Notes: generated by a model from the sequence alone, not told the origin. Counted from the stretch's first letter, positions 30,161 through 40,670 are shown. The stretch is DNA of 64,000 nucleotides from an uncultured Syntrophaceae bacterium (GCA_964492965.1 CAZBME010000015.1:13927-77926); one strand, 5' to 3'. Translations and numbers: made by a program.

Positions 30161-30235
30161 TTCCACTTTTATCAAGACGGTGCCAACGAAGATGGCGCGT
30201 TGATTTGAAATTGGAAAAAGAGACATTTACCTCTC

Positions 30236-31063
30236 ATGACAACAAGATCTCTTTCCCCGGTCATTCTTATTATCATTTTTATCTTTCTCGTTTCCGGCTG
30301 CCTGCCCTCCATCAACCAAGTCGATCCCCCCGCGGCCTGTTCTTCTGCCTCGACCAACCTGGAACAGCTCGTCATTCGTGATGGCTTTAAAGGAACCATG
30401 AAAGCCCTTGCGGATATCGAGATACAAACCATGGGGAGAAGGTATCCTGCCCGGATGGCGGTCATGGCCAGAGGACCCGACAACCTGAGGATGGAAGCGA
30501 TCCCTTTGATCGGCCCCCCCGATTTCATGCTTTCTATCAAGGGCGATCGGTTGAGGGTTTTCCTGCCGCAAAAAGGGGAATTTTATATCGGAGAAGCCTC
30601 GAAGCATCTGTCCCGTTTTATGCCTGTCCCCATTGATGTTCGCGATGTAGTATCCATCCTCATGGGCACTTACCCGCGCTTAAAGGAGGGAGACTGTATC
30701 GCGCCTGACGTTGCGGAAGGTGATCTCAGACCGATGAATGTATTTTCCAGAGAAGGCGATCTCCGGATGTCCCTTTGGATAAAATCACCGGAGCAGACCC
30801 TGATCAGACTCAAGACATATGGAGGCAACGAAAAGGCCGACTATACCGTCGTCTTTTCCGATTACGGGATAATAAACCGGATTGCCATGCCGGAAAAGAT
30901 CCTGATCCGGGGCGGGAGCGTTGCCGGTCTCAGGCAAACGGTTACCGTTCGGTACTCCGATCTGGAATTTACGAATGAAACCGATGCGCAGCTCTTCGAA
31001 CTTCCTGTGCCTCCAGGATTACTACCCATCGATTTGAGGAACGAAGACATTAAAAACGATTGA
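30236..31063 (+). CDS. LolB-like/DUF4292 outer-membrane lipoprotein
   Basis: Lipobox VSGC, predicted beta-rich LolA/B-type fold, usual position after the TPR gene. Confidence 0.6.
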   Translation: MTTRSLSPVILIIIFIFLVSGCLPSINQVDPPAACSSASTNLEQLVIRDGFKGTMKALADIEIQTMGRRYPARMAVMARGPDNLRMEAIPLIGPPDFMLSIKGDRLRVFLPQKGEFYIGEASKHLSRFMPVPIDVRDVVSILMGTYPRLKEGDCIAPDVAEGDLRPMNVFSREGDLRMSLWIKSPEQTLIRLKTYGGNEKADYTVVFSDYGIINRIAMPEKILIRGGSVAGLRQTVTVRYSDLEFTNETDAQLFELPVPPGLLPIDLRNEDIKND

Positions 31064-31179
31064 TATTTTTCAATAGGATAACAGAGGAGCAAAAAAGAGT
31101 CGATACCGGTGTATCGTCAATACGTCGAGAGCCGACGACAAAGCCACAGCGCGGATATCCTGATAAAGACGCTTCGGTA

Positions 31180-32034
31180 TTATTTGATTTCCAGAAGCTT
31201 TGCCCTGGCAATGCGGGCCTGATTGGTGTTTGGGTAGTCTTTGATGATACTTTGCAGAATGGCCTTGGCGCTGGCCTTGTCACCCAGGCTCAGGAAGGAA
31301 AGCCCCTGCTTCAAAAGAGCGTAAGGAACCTTATTTCCATCCGGGTAGTTTTTCACCACCTTCTCGTATTCAAGGATGGCCTTTTCATACTTCTTTTCGA
31401 AATAGTAACACTCCCCAATCCAGAATTGGGCATTGCTCGAATACTCTGTGTCGGGATAGGTCTTTAGGAAATTCTGGAAATCCGTTCGGGCCTTTTCATA
31501 TTTTCCGTCTTTAAAACTTTCGTATGCCTGAGCGTAAAGAGCTTCTTTGTCGCCCTTGCCTTTGGCCGTAGTTCCATTCTTGCTGCCGTTTTTTGCCCCC
31601 TTTTCGCTATTTTCGGCCTTTTCGTCTTTTTTGCTGATGCCGAGGAAATTTTCTATATAGCTGACTTTAAAATTAATGTGGTCCAGCTTTTCCTTGAAGT
31701 CCTTACCGTCTCCGGTGCGGCCCTGCTGGGAGGAAATGTCCTTCTGAAGGGTCTCCATGAGGCCTTTCAACTGACGGATCTGATCTCTGATATCCGTCAT
31801 GTCCGCCCGCATTTCAGCTTCGACCTTGCGCAGGGAAGCGATGGACTCGTTGGTCTTCTCGATTTCCTTGCGCAAGGCTGCCGTTTCCGTCTGCAGGGCC
31901 GAAGCCTTTTCGTCAGTAGCTGATATTTTCTTTTCAGTTTCTATTCTGAGGAGGCGTAGATCTGAATTTGTCGCACATCCCGATAATATGCAGATTCCCA
32001 GAATCAGAAAAAGGGGCGAAAATTTTTTGGACAA
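31180..32034 (-). CDS. cpoB: Tol-Pal system protein CpoB/YbgF
   Basis: Coiled coil plus TPRs (NAQFWIGECYY, KVPYALLKQG); downstream of pal. Confidence 0.92.
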   Translation of the reverse strand: MSKKFSPLFLILGICILSGCATNSDLRLLRIETEKKISATDEKASALQTETAALRKEIEKTNESIASLRKVEAEMRADMTDIRDQIRQLKGLMETLQKDISSQQGRTGDGKDFKEKLDHINFKVSYIENFLGISKKDEKAENSEKGAKNGSKNGTTAKGKGDKEALYAQAYESFKDGKYEKARTDFQNFLKTYPDTEYSSNAQFWIGECYYFEKKYEKAILEYEKVVKNYPDGNKVPYALLKQGLSFLSLGDKASAKAILQSIIKDYPNTNQARIARAKLLEIK

Positions 32035-32047
32035 TAGGGCCTCTTTC

Positions 32048-32617
32048 TTACTTTAATTTGACAACGAAGTGATCCCTGCGGTTTTTAGCCCAAGCCTCTT
32101 CCGTATGGCCCGGATCGAGGGGCCGTTCTTCACCGTAACTGATTGTTTTTATTCTTTCTTTTTCAACGCCGAGCCCGATAAGATATTTTGCCGCCTCGTT
32201 TGCCCGCCGTTCGCCCAAGGCAAGGTTGTACTCCGTCGTGCCGCGCTCATCGCAGTTCCCTTCGATAAGAACCGTGTAAGTATTGTTTTTCATGAGCCAG
32301 TCGCCATGTTTTTTAAGAATTTCCCGATCCTGGGGTCGAAGGACCGATTTGTCATAATCAAAGCGGATATCCTCCAAGTCGATGGCGGCTGTTGCTGCTG
32401 CCTTTTCCTTGGCCTCTCCTTCTACCGCACGCTCGGTCCCCGGCTCTGCCTTCTGGGGAACGGGTGCCTTTTCCACGCCGGACTGCGCTGTTCCCGCCGT
32501 CTGTGCGCCGGTTGTATCGCCCTGCTGAACCGCCTTCTTGGAACAGCCCGCCATCCAGAGAGCGCAAACCAATACTGTAACCATGATGGTAATTATACTG
32601 ATACGACATTTCTTCAT
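32048..32617 (-). CDS. pal: Peptidoglycan-associated lipoprotein
   Basis: Lipobox MAGC, IEGNCDERGTTEYNLALGERRA, AWAKNRR. Confidence 0.96.
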   Translation of the reverse strand: MKKCRISIITIMVTVLVCALWMAGCSKKAVQQGDTTGAQTAGTAQSGVEKAPVPQKAEPGTERAVEGEAKEKAAATAAIDLEDIRFDYDKSVLRPQDREILKKHGDWLMKNNTYTVLIEGNCDERGTTEYNLALGERRANEAAKYLIGLGVEKERIKTISYGEERPLDPGHTEEAWAKNRRDHFVVKLK

Positions 32618-32721
32618 CTAACATACCCTCCTTTCACTTTTGACCAGTCATTATGGGAACACCAAATCAATGTTCATTGTTAAAGCAAAAATTGTCCCAA
32701 AGGTCAATCTAAAATTGGACC

Positions 32722-34047
32722 TTATTCGACAACCGGCGACCAGGCCGGATTGATTCCATCGCATAATATCCGGATATTCGATCCATTGGCGGTCATGATC
32801 CCGATTTTATGCGTGCCCCCTGCCTTGACGGTGAAGGCCACATATCTGCCATCGGGAGACCATGAGGGATATTTATGTTCACCCCCTGTCGAGGTCATTT
32901 GTACGGAATCTGTTCCATCGGCGTTGATGGAAAAAATCTGGAAGGTTCCACCGGCACTGCCTTCATAGGCAATGCGGCCACCCTTTGGCGACCACGACGG
33001 CGAGGTGTTGTACCCCCCGACATAAGTCAGCCTGCGTACGTTGTTGCCTTCGCTGTCCATGACATAAATCTGGGGCGATCCGGAACGGTTCGAGACAAAG
33101 GCAATGTTCCGGCCGTCCGGCGACCAGACCGGAGACACATCAATGTCATGGTTGGTGGTCAACCGCTTCAGCTGTCCGCCGGATACGTCCATGGCGTAGA
33201 TTTCCTGATTGCCTTCAAAGCTGAGGGAGAGGAGAATTTTCTTCCCGTCGGGTGACCAGGCCCCCGACAAATTGAGGCCCGGACGATTGGATGCCTTCTT
33301 GAGGGTGTTGTTTTTAAGATCACGAATATAGAAATCGGGGTTGCCGTCCTTGTAGGATGTAAAGGAAATGCGCGTTCCGTCGGGCGACCACCGGGGCGAC
33401 AGCGTCAGCGTTTTTAGCTGGGTAATCTGTGTCAGGCCTGAGCCGTCGAAGTTGATCACCTGGACCTCCGAGTTGGGGCCCTTTTTGAGGACAAATGCGA
33501 GTTTCGTATTGAAAATGCTACCGTCTCCGGAGAGGGCCTTGAGAATATCTCCTGCCATTTTTCTGATAATTTTTATTTTGTCTTCGGGCTTCCCGTAATA
33601 GCGGCTGTTTGTGATGAGCTCCCCCTTGACCACATCATAAAGACGCATTTCGCAAGAAATATTCTGCTGGGTCGCACGGAAGGTTCCCCGGACAAGATAT
33701 TCCGCTCCGATCGTTGACCAGTTGGCGTAATTGATATTTTCATATCCCTGCTGAACGCCGGCGGGATATTCGAGGAAGGCCTGGGGGGGGATGATATTGA
33801 AGAATGCTGTCATGTTCAGGTATGTTGATAGTGTATTGGAAAACCAGGATGGCAGGTCGTCGTTGCCTCGTTCGGCGGAGAGCTTATTGAAATCCGTAAC
33901 GGCAATCGGGAATTTCTGGAAGCTGGGGGCATCGATGTCGATATAGACCCTGGCCGCTGCCGGCGAAATGATTCCGGACAGAAATAAGATGACCAGCCCG
34001 GCGGCGAACTTCTGGATATTACCTGTCATGATGGTATAGCCTTTCAT
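32722..34047 (-). CDS. tolB: Tol-Pal beta-propeller protein TolB
   Basis: Repeated PxWSPDG blades; position in tol operon. Confidence 0.94.
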   Translation of the reverse strand: MKGYTIMTGNIQKFAAGLVILFLSGIISPAAARVYIDIDAPSFQKFPIAVTDFNKLSAERGNDDLPSWFSNTLSTYLNMTAFFNIIPPQAFLEYPAGVQQGYENINYANWSTIGAEYLVRGTFRATQQNISCEMRLYDVVKGELITNSRYYGKPEDKIKIIRKMAGDILKALSGDGSIFNTKLAFVLKKGPNSEVQVINFDGSGLTQITQLKTLTLSPRWSPDGTRISFTSYKDGNPDFYIRDLKNNTLKKASNRPGLNLSGAWSPDGKKILLSLSFEGNQEIYAMDVSGGQLKRLTTNHDIDVSPVWSPDGRNIAFVSNRSGSPQIYVMDSEGNNVRRLTYVGGYNTSPSWSPKGGRIAYEGSAGGTFQIFSINADGTDSVQMTSTGGEHKYPSWSPDGRYVAFTVKAGGTHKIGIMTANGSNIRILCDGINPAWSPVVE

Positions 34048-34778
34048 TACATCAATTCTGAAGAATGGAACCGGATGCCGATGTCGAGGCTGCTATCCCT
34101 GAACCATTCCGGCAGGGGCGGCAAAGGGTTGGATTTGTTGACCGCCCGGAGAGCGGAATTGTCAAAATAGCTGTTTCCTGAGCGCTTTTCCAGACCGATG
34201 TCCATCAAGCTGCCATTTCTCAATATGCGAACATGGACAATCGCTTCCAGGCTCCCTTTCGGCAGGATCCCCGGCGGCAGAGCCCACTGGCTTTTAATTC
34301 GGGACCAGAGGGAGCGGTAATAATCATTCAGCCTTGAATCGCTGCTGGAAGAGGTCTGCCTGTCTTGCTGCACTCCCGTTTGTGCATTGGCTGATGTTTC
34401 CGCCGCCGCTTTTTTCCTGATCCGGTCGAGAGCCTGATCCACTTGGGGATTCCGGCTTGACGGGCTTTCCGCGCGACGGATCGGAACCTTCCCCAAGGCA
34501 TCGCTTTGTTTGCGAAGGACGCTGGATCGATCTCGGGAATCGGCTGCTGTGATGTCTTTGCTCAAGGAGGATGCAGGGGTTGCCTCCGTGAGGGAGGCAG
34601 GCGTGTTGACCAGTTGTACGGCATAAACGGGACCGAAGGTCAGCCGTGGCGTCGACGACATTTTGAGGAAGGCGCCGCTTGAAAGAATCAGGACATGAAT
34701 CGCCACGGAAATTAAAAGCATGCTGTTCAGGCTGATTCCCCGGCCATTCTGAGGATTGCTGCCCCGTGAAGAGCTCAT
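34047..34778 (-). CDS. tolA: TolA/TonB C-terminal domain energy transducer
   Basis: SVAIH TM motif, SGNSYFDNSALRAV; lies between tolR and tolB. Confidence 0.8.
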   Translation of the reverse strand: MSSSRGSNPQNGRGISLNSMLLISVAIHVLILSSGAFLKMSSTPRLTFGPVYAVQLVNTPASLTEATPASSLSKDITAADSRDRSSVLRKQSDALGKVPIRRAESPSSRNPQVDQALDRIRKKAAAETSANAQTGVQQDRQTSSSSDSRLNDYYRSLWSRIKSQWALPPGILPKGSLEAIVHVRILRNGSLMDIGLEKRSGNSYFDNSALRAVNKSNPLPPLPEWFRDSSLDIGIRFHSSELM

Positions 34779-35197
34779 CGCGATTCCTGTGGCGGCTCCG
34801 TTATCATCCCCAGCTTGTCGACACCGGCCTTCCGGATTTCCGCCATGACTTCTACAACAAATCCATAGGGGACGTTTTTGTCGGCGCGCATAAACATTTC
34901 CTTGTCAATCCGAGCGCTTATAATGCTTTCCAGCTTTACGCGCAAGTCGCTGACGGGGATTTTCACCTTATTGATAAAAATTTCCTTGGCGCCATTAATG
35001 GTCAGGACAAGCTTTTCTTCGCTGATATCAACACTTTTTGACTTGACCCGGGGCAGGTTGACGTCTATGCCCATCTGGAGCATGGGCGCTGTGACCATGA
35101 AAATAATCAAAAGCACAAGAATCACATCAACGAGAGGCGTCACGTTAATCTCGGCCAATAACCTGTCCTGCTGGGGGCGTCTGCGATGATATCTCAT
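34775..35197 (-). CDS. tolR: TolR
   Basis: EINVTPLVDVILVLLIIFMVTAP, RADKNVPYG. Confidence 0.93.
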   Translation of the reverse strand: MRYHRRRPQQDRLLAEINVTPLVDVILVLLIIFMVTAPMLQMGIDVNLPRVKSKSVDISEEKLVLTINGAKEIFINKVKIPVSDLRVKLESIISARIDKEMFMRADKNVPYGFVVEVMAEIRKAGVDKLGMITEPPQESR

Positions 35198-35208
35198 GTC
35201 AAGGCACG

Positions 35209-35958
35209 TTATTTTAAATAATTACGCTCAATGATATTGAGCAGTTCCGACCCAAAGGCGTCCATTTCCTGGGAAAGCGTCTTCACCCGGTTGATGTAAT
35301 AGTTATAGAAGACAACAGCGGGGATGGCCGCTGCGAGTCCGGCAGCCGTTGCAATAAGGGCCTCGGAAATGCCGGGCGCAACGACGGCCAGGGTTGCCGA
35401 ACCGCGGGCCCCGATGCTCTTGAAGGTATCCATGATGCCCCAGACGGTGCCGAACAGGCCGATGAAGGGACAGGCGCTTCCCGTTGTGGCCAGAAATCCC
35501 AGAAAACTCTCCAGTTTGCCCGTTTCGCCGCCGCTCGCCCTGTTCACGGCTCTTTCGATGTTGTCTATACCCCGCATTTCAATAGACGGCTCTGCGGATG
35601 GGTCGTCTTTCCTATAGAGCCCCTGTTCCTTTGATGAACGTGTCATGTTGGCCAGTTCAGCGTAACCGGACCGGAATACTTCGGCAACCGTCGAATATTT
35701 GAAACGCTTGGCTTCCGTAAAAACATCCGACAGCCTTTTGGATTTCAGATAGGCATCGAAGAAGGAATCATTTTCCTGCTTGATCTTCCTGTAAGCCAAA
35801 TATTTCATAAAAATGATTGCCCATGATACAACAGAGAAGAAAAGGAGAATGAACAAGACAAACTGGACCATCAATCCGGCATCGAGAATCATGCCGAAAA
35901 GACTGCCGTGAAACTGCCCATTCAGGCCTGCGGCGGCAACATATGGAATTTCTTTCAC
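35209..35958 (-). CDS. tolQ: TolQ
   Basis: PFIGLFGTVWGIM, VAPGISEALIATAAGL. Confidence 0.94.
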   Translation of the reverse strand: MKEIPYVAAAGLNGQFHGSLFGMILDAGLMVQFVLFILLFFSVVSWAIIFMKYLAYRKIKQENDSFFDAYLKSKRLSDVFTEAKRFKYSTVAEVFRSGYAELANMTRSSKEQGLYRKDDPSAEPSIEMRGIDNIERAVNRASGGETGKLESFLGFLATTGSACPFIGLFGTVWGIMDTFKSIGARGSATLAVVAPGISEALIATAAGLAAAIPAVVFYNYYINRVKTLSQEMDAFGSELLNIIERNYLK

Positions 35959-36095
35959 TATTTCTGTCTCCCCATGATCGATGGATGTGTGTGTTCCGTA
36001 CCTGTAATGAAAAAACAGACGCTTGTCAATAAGCCATTTACATCAGGCTGAAGGGATTCAGACTGAAGGCCGTTGCAAGACAATTCTTTTAGCCT

Positions 36096-37022
36096 TCAGC
36101 TAACGTCTTCCGGGGTGAACGCGACCACGTCGTCAATTTGACGGGTATTGGCCAGGATCATTGCCAATCTGTCCAGCCCCAGTGCAATGCCTGCGGATTC
36201 CGGCATCTGGTTCAGGGCATGCAGAAACGCCTCCGGAGAGGGGTAGGGGGGCTTTCCAGCGGTGCGTCGAAGAGTTTCTTCTTCCTCGAAGCGTTGCCGT
36301 TGTTCCTTTTCATCCGTCAGTTCCGAAAAGGCATTCGCCAATTCCAGGCCTGCCATGTATAATTCAAACCGTTCCGCCACGGCCGGATCCTCGACGTTTC
36401 TCCGGGCCAAGGCTCCCATGGACAAGGGATAGTTATAGAGAAATGTAGGACGTGTTCGGCCAAGGTGACTTTCAACGTGACCGGCAAGCGTTTCCTCAAA
36501 GCGATCCCGGGCAATCGATTCCTCCAGAGTGCAGGGTGCGTAACGCTCGAAAGCAGCCTTGACGGAAATCCTTTCCCAGGGTTGATCGAGACGGATACTG
36601 CCCCCGTCATGTACGATGGCATGGCCATGTCCGAGGTGTGAGGCCACATACCGGATAAGGTCCTCGCATTCCTCCATGAGTTGCCGATAATCGATGCCTG
36701 CCCGGTACCATTCCAGAAGGGTGAATTCAGAAAGATGAAGGTTTCCGCGCTCGCCATGGCGGTAACATTTGCATATCTGGAAGATTCGGGGATAACCGGC
36801 GGCGAGAAGCCGTTTCATGCAGAGTTCCGGGGAGGTATGGAGGAACCAGTCGAGGGAGGGGACGGCATCAATATGGCATTCCGGCGCAGGGGCCGGAATG
36901 CGGTTCGGTGTTTCAACCTCCAGGTAATCCCGATCAACGAAATACTGACGGATAGACCGGATCATTTTTGCCCTTGTCCACAAGGCGTCATGCTTTTTGG
37001 CTAACGACCAGGAGGGCTCCAC
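36096..37022 (-). CDS. epmA: EF-P lysine aminoacylase (GenX/PoxA)
   Basis: LysRS catalytic domain only; TSPELCMKRLLA, ELANAFSEL, GIALGLDRL; next to efp. Confidence 0.93.
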   Translation of the reverse strand: MEPSWSLAKKHDALWTRAKMIRSIRQYFVDRDYLEVETPNRIPAPAPECHIDAVPSLDWFLHTSPELCMKRLLAAGYPRIFQICKCYRHGERGNLHLSEFTLLEWYRAGIDYRQLMEECEDLIRYVASHLGHGHAIVHDGGSIRLDQPWERISVKAAFERYAPCTLEESIARDRFEETLAGHVESHLGRTRPTFLYNYPLSMGALARRNVEDPAVAERFELYMAGLELANAFSELTDEKEQRQRFEEEETLRRTAGKPPYPSPEAFLHALNQMPESAGIALGLDRLAMILANTRQIDDVVAFTPEDVS

Positions 37023-37029
37023 GAAGTTA

Positions 37030-37593
37030 TCAGTCCTTGACGCGGGTCAGATACTCTCCCGTGCGCGTATCCACACGAATTTTCTCGCCTTCTTCAACGA
37101 ACGGCGGCACCTGAATGATATAGCCCGTCTGGAGGGTAACGGGTTTTGTATTGCCGGAGACGGAATCTCCCTTGGCCCAGGGGTCGGCCTTAGTGACGAT
37201 CAAATCGACAGCATTGGGCAGGGTCACATCCAACGGCCTCTCCCCGAAAAACAGAACTTCCGCCTCGATATTTTCTATCAGATAATTCTTGGAGTCACCG
37301 ACTTGATCTTCCGTCAGGTAAAATTGCTCGAAAGTTTCATTGTCCATGAAGCAGTATTTATTCTCCTGTTCATAGAGATACTGCATTTTCTTCTGCTGAA
37401 GATCAGCGGGTTCAAAAGAATCCACGGATCGGAACGTTCTTTCAAACTGGGCGCCCGATATCATGTTTTTAAGCTTGCAACGGTAAAGGGCTTGCCCCTT
37501 GCCGGGCTTTACAAAATTGAATTCCGTGACGATATGGGGATCGCCATCCAGTTTGAGTCTTAATCCTTTTCTTAAATCGCTAGCCTGGTACAT
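37030..37593 (-). CDS. efp: Elongation factor P
   Basis: VKPGKGQA loop, VDTRTGEYLTR; ATG 37593 after GGAG. Confidence 0.97.
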   Translation of the reverse strand: MYQASDLRKGLRLKLDGDPHIVTEFNFVKPGKGQALYRCKLKNMISGAQFERTFRSVDSFEPADLQQKKMQYLYEQENKYCFMDNETFEQFYLTEDQVGDSKNYLIENIEAEVLFFGERPLDVTLPNAVDLIVTKADPWAKGDSVSGNTKPVTLQTGYIIQVPPFVEEGEKIRVDTRTGEYLTRVKD

Positions 37594-37622
37594 ATTACTC
37601 TCCATTAATCAAAAGTTGATGG

Positions 37623-37651
37623 CTTTTAATGCATTTTAAAAATTTTGTCAA
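37623..37651 (-). promoter_or_regulatory. Possible sigma70 promoter for efp
   Basis: Minus strand TTGACA, 17 nt, TAAAAG. Confidence 0.45.
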
Positions 37652-37658
37652 ATAAAAT

Positions 37659-38738
37659 TCATGGTTTCGATTCGATCGACGATGATTGAAGCGAATAGGG
37701 TTGCAAGGGGATTTTGCCGCGGGCGCCGGGGACATCCAGAACGAAGCGGGGAAGGCAGAGACCCGAAATATTGCACCAGAGCCTTTCCATGATCTCCATT
37801 CCTTTCCAGATATCCACACGAAAGTGATCCGTGCCTTTCACCGGGTCACACTGAAACAGATAGTAAGGCCGCACGGACATCTTCTGAAGGCCGTAAAGGA
37901 GGTCTTTCATCGTCTGGTAACTGTCGTTCACGCCTTTGAGCAGAACCGACTGGTTGGAGACGGGAATGCCTGCGGACAACAGCATGTCGCAGGCCTTGGA
38001 TGACTCGGGGGTGATTTCCTGCGGGTGATTGAACTGGGTGTTCAGCCACAGGGGCCGGTACCGACCAAGCATTTTGCAAAGATCCACGGTGATTCTCATG
38101 GGGAGAACAACGGGCATACGGGTTCCTATCCGGATGACGTCCAGGTGCGGGATGGCCCGAAGTGAACCCAGCAGCCGGTTTAACGCCTGGTCGGACAAGA
38201 TCAGCGGGTCGCCACCCGACAGGATGACTTCCCGGATAGAAGGCGTCTGCCTGATGTAATCAATCATAGGTTGAAAGTAGGATCTCCTCGGGAGCGTCTG
38301 TTTTTGTCCCCACAGGCGCTTGCGATTACAGTGACGGCAATAGACGGAGCAGGCATGGGTTATCATCATCAGGCAACGATCAGGATAACGGTGAACAAGG
38401 CCCGGCACGGGCATCTGTTTTTGTTCTTCCAGGGGATCATCTTCCCCGCCCTGGGAAAACATTATTTCATTCAGATCAGGGACACATTGGCGCCGAATGG
38501 GGTCCTGGTCATTTTTCCCATCCATCAGCGAAAAATAGTAAGGTGTTATGGACATGGGATAAGCGTTCACGACGGGTTGCCTCTGCCTGATGTCGTCCGG
38601 CAGGGCATTCATCACGGCAGCCAACTGCGGCAGTGAAGCGATCCGGTTTTTATACTGCCACTGCCAGTCGGACCATTGTTCGGGTGATGTATTCTTCAAT
38701 AAAATACGACATTTTGACGAATCTGTTTTTTCTGCCAT
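37659..38738 (-). CDS. epmB: Lysine 2,3-aminomutase, KamA/EpmB family radical SAM
   Basis: WSDWQWQ, HRYPDR, CSVYCRHC, SGGDPL, NQSVLLKGVND, GKIP; clustered with efp and epmA. Confidence 0.88.
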   Translation of the reverse strand: MAEKTDSSKCRILLKNTSPEQWSDWQWQYKNRIASLPQLAAVMNALPDDIRQRQPVVNAYPMSITPYYFSLMDGKNDQDPIRRQCVPDLNEIMFSQGGEDDPLEEQKQMPVPGLVHRYPDRCLMMITHACSVYCRHCNRKRLWGQKQTLPRRSYFQPMIDYIRQTPSIREVILSGGDPLILSDQALNRLLGSLRAIPHLDVIRIGTRMPVVLPMRITVDLCKMLGRYRPLWLNTQFNHPQEITPESSKACDMLLSAGIPVSNQSVLLKGVNDSYQTMKDLLYGLQKMSVRPYYLFQCDPVKGTDHFRVDIWKGMEIMERLWCNISGLCLPRFVLDVPGARGKIPLQPYSLQSSSIESKP

Positions 38739-38840
38739 CCCTTTATCCCCGCCAGCGAAAAGGCCTGCTTTCTATCACCGATTCTTCCCTTTTAAAAGAA
38801 AATGTTTGCGTTGTCGATATGGATTATATAAGAGCTCCGT

Positions 38841-39119
38841 ATGAATCGCCGATACCTGTATATCATCTATGCCGCCTTGTGGGCCTTCACGATCTGGCTG
38901 TTTTATTATATGAAGCCGCATGGGGGAGGCTTTCCCGGGACGCTCAGCCTCTATGGGCCGCCCGTTTTCGCCCTTTATCTGTTTTCCCTGTTCCTGATGG
39001 ACCATCGGGAAGACAGGGTCAACCTTGCCATGGTCAAGCCGTTTCTCCAGCACCGCAAGGTACCCATCGGGCTGTTTTTATTCGGGCTGATAGTTCTTGT
39101 TCTATTGATTTTCAGGTGA
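38841..39119 (+). CDS. Hypothetical small membrane protein (about 3 TM)
   Basis: 92-aa hydrophobic ORF in an intergenic gap. Confidence 0.6.
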   Translation: MNRRYLYIIYAALWAFTIWLFYYMKPHGGGFPGTLSLYGPPVFALYLFSLFLMDHREDRVNLAMVKPFLQHRKVPIGLFLFGLIVLVLLIFR

Positions 39120-39457
39120 AATCCCTATCCTCTAAGGTCTGCCTGAAGCACGCAGCCTGTTCCGGATTCATAGAACGCAACGGATGACCTTTTCCCTGTC
39201 GTGGGACCATCGAGACCATTTTGGATCAGGGTCAGGGTCAGGTTCATATCATCTGCTGAAAATTCTTGACAATTTTGGTATTTTCGCTTATCGCCATGAC
39301 ACATGTCATTGATATATCAACCATTGTCATAGCTTGATCTGTTGAAGGGGAAAAGATTGCACGGCAAAACGAACTGCTATTCGAATCCAGGCAACCAACC
39401 GGGAGAAAAATATCCCGGATACTCAGAAGCGGCCAAGCGGCTGAATAGGCTATTGCC

Positions 39458-39982
39458 ATGGCGTTAAAGGTCTGTCCCAGATGTTCATCATGGAGGGTTC
39501 AGGGTTCGGAAACAGGGTCTTTATTCGACCGCCTGCTTCTGGCGCTGAATTTGCGGCTCTACTACTGCGATGACTGCAACTGGCAGGGCATAGGCAGAAT
39601 AAAGGGGAAAAGGAATCACGCCGGCGAGGCCCGGCGGTTATTGGCCTGGAAATACGTCTTTATTGCCCTGATCATCTTTGCCGCGGCATATGCCGTTTCC
39701 GTGCTCCTGGTCCATATGATCGGCGGGAATTTCACGAAAAATGCCGATGTCGTATCCGCGGGTCCGAACAGGGGGGTGCCGGAGACAGGCCTTGCTGTTG
39801 CGAAGGAAGAAACAACCGCACCAAAGCCCTTGTCCGTTGTCAAAGTGATTGGTAATCGGGACAGCAAGCTTTATCACCTTCCCGGGATGAAATACTATCA
39901 GCGGGTTGCCGCCTATCACCGCGTCGAATTTCCTTCCGAAGAAGAGGCCATCGCTGCTGGCTATCGCAAGGCGCCCCGATAG
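39458..39982 (+). CDS. Zinc-ribbon, TM and Ada-like C-terminal domain protein
   Basis: CPRC...CDDC, one TM helix, GNRDSKLYHLPG...FPSEEEAIAAGYRKA. Confidence 0.75.
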   Translation: MALKVCPRCSSWRVQGSETGSLFDRLLLALNLRLYYCDDCNWQGIGRIKGKRNHAGEARRLLAWKYVFIALIIFAAAYAVSVLLVHMIGGNFTKNADVVSAGPNRGVPETGLAVAKEETTAPKPLSVVKVIGNRDSKLYHLPGMKYYQRVAAYHRVEFPSEEEAIAAGYRKAPR

Positions 39983-39986
39983 GACT

Positions 39987-40670
39987 TTAAAGGCACAGGC
40001 GATAACCGTTTTTTCTTAACCAGTGCTTGTGTATTTCATAATCGGGCATGATCCGGGAGACAAGGGTCCAGAAAGAATGGGCATGGTTCTTTTCCCTGAT
40101 GTGGGCCAGTTCATGAATGACGACATAATCGATAACTGGCGGGGGAGCCATCATCAGGCGCCAGGTAAAGGACAGGACGTCCCGATGTGAGCAGGATCCC
40201 CAGCGGCTGCCTGCATTGCTGATACGAAGACCCGCCGCCTTCAGTTCCCATAACCGGCTGTAATACTCAACTCTTGCCGGAAGATAAGCTCGGGCCTGCG
40301 CTTCGTACCAGGCGCGGATGATGTCCTTCCCATGTCGGCGAATGCGCCCGTTCAGAATAAATTGTTCATCCCTTAATGTGAACAGCTCCACTTGGCTTCC
40401 GTGATCGTCGATCTCCAGGGAGTAGGGTTTCCCGAGAAAGAGGAATGGTTTTCCCGGCGCGAGCGGGCTGGGAGAATCAACTGCCGGAAATTCATTAATT
40501 TGCTTGATCTTCTCTCTTATCCAATCTTTTTTTCTTTCAAAAAAAGAGGCGATTTCCCCCACCGGGGTATGATAGGGCGCCTGAATGACAACGGTTCCGG
40601 TTCCCGTTATTTTCAGGGAGAGGGTTTTTTTTCGCTTGCGGCTTCTTATTAATTGATATTCCAGTTCCAT
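39987..40670 (-). CDS. YgjP/DUF45 family (M48-like) metal-dependent hydrolase
   Basis: RSRKRKKTLSL, RWGSCS, YVVIHELAH, NHxxxFW. Confidence 0.88.
   Translation of the reverse strand: MELEYQLIRSRKRKKTLSLKITGTGTVVIQAPYHTPVGEIASFFERKKDWIREKIKQINEFPAVDSPSPLAPGKPFLFLGKPYSLEIDDHGSQVELFTLRDEQFILNGRIRRHGKDIIRAWYEAQARAYLPARVEYYSRLWELKAAGLRISNAGSRWGSCSHRDVLSFTWRLMMAPPPVIDYVVIHELAHIREKNHAHSFWTLVSRIMPDYEIHKHWLRKNGYRLCL

Noticed and set aside
31180-38738. tol-pal operon and epmB-efp-epmA cluster as novel systems
   Set aside because: Both are well-known conserved modules with canonical motifs
39224-39320. TCAGGG short tandem repeat and TTGATATATCAA palindrome
   Set aside because: Only about three repeat units, not a KOPS match, and the palindrome spacing (N2) does not fit an FNR box (N4)
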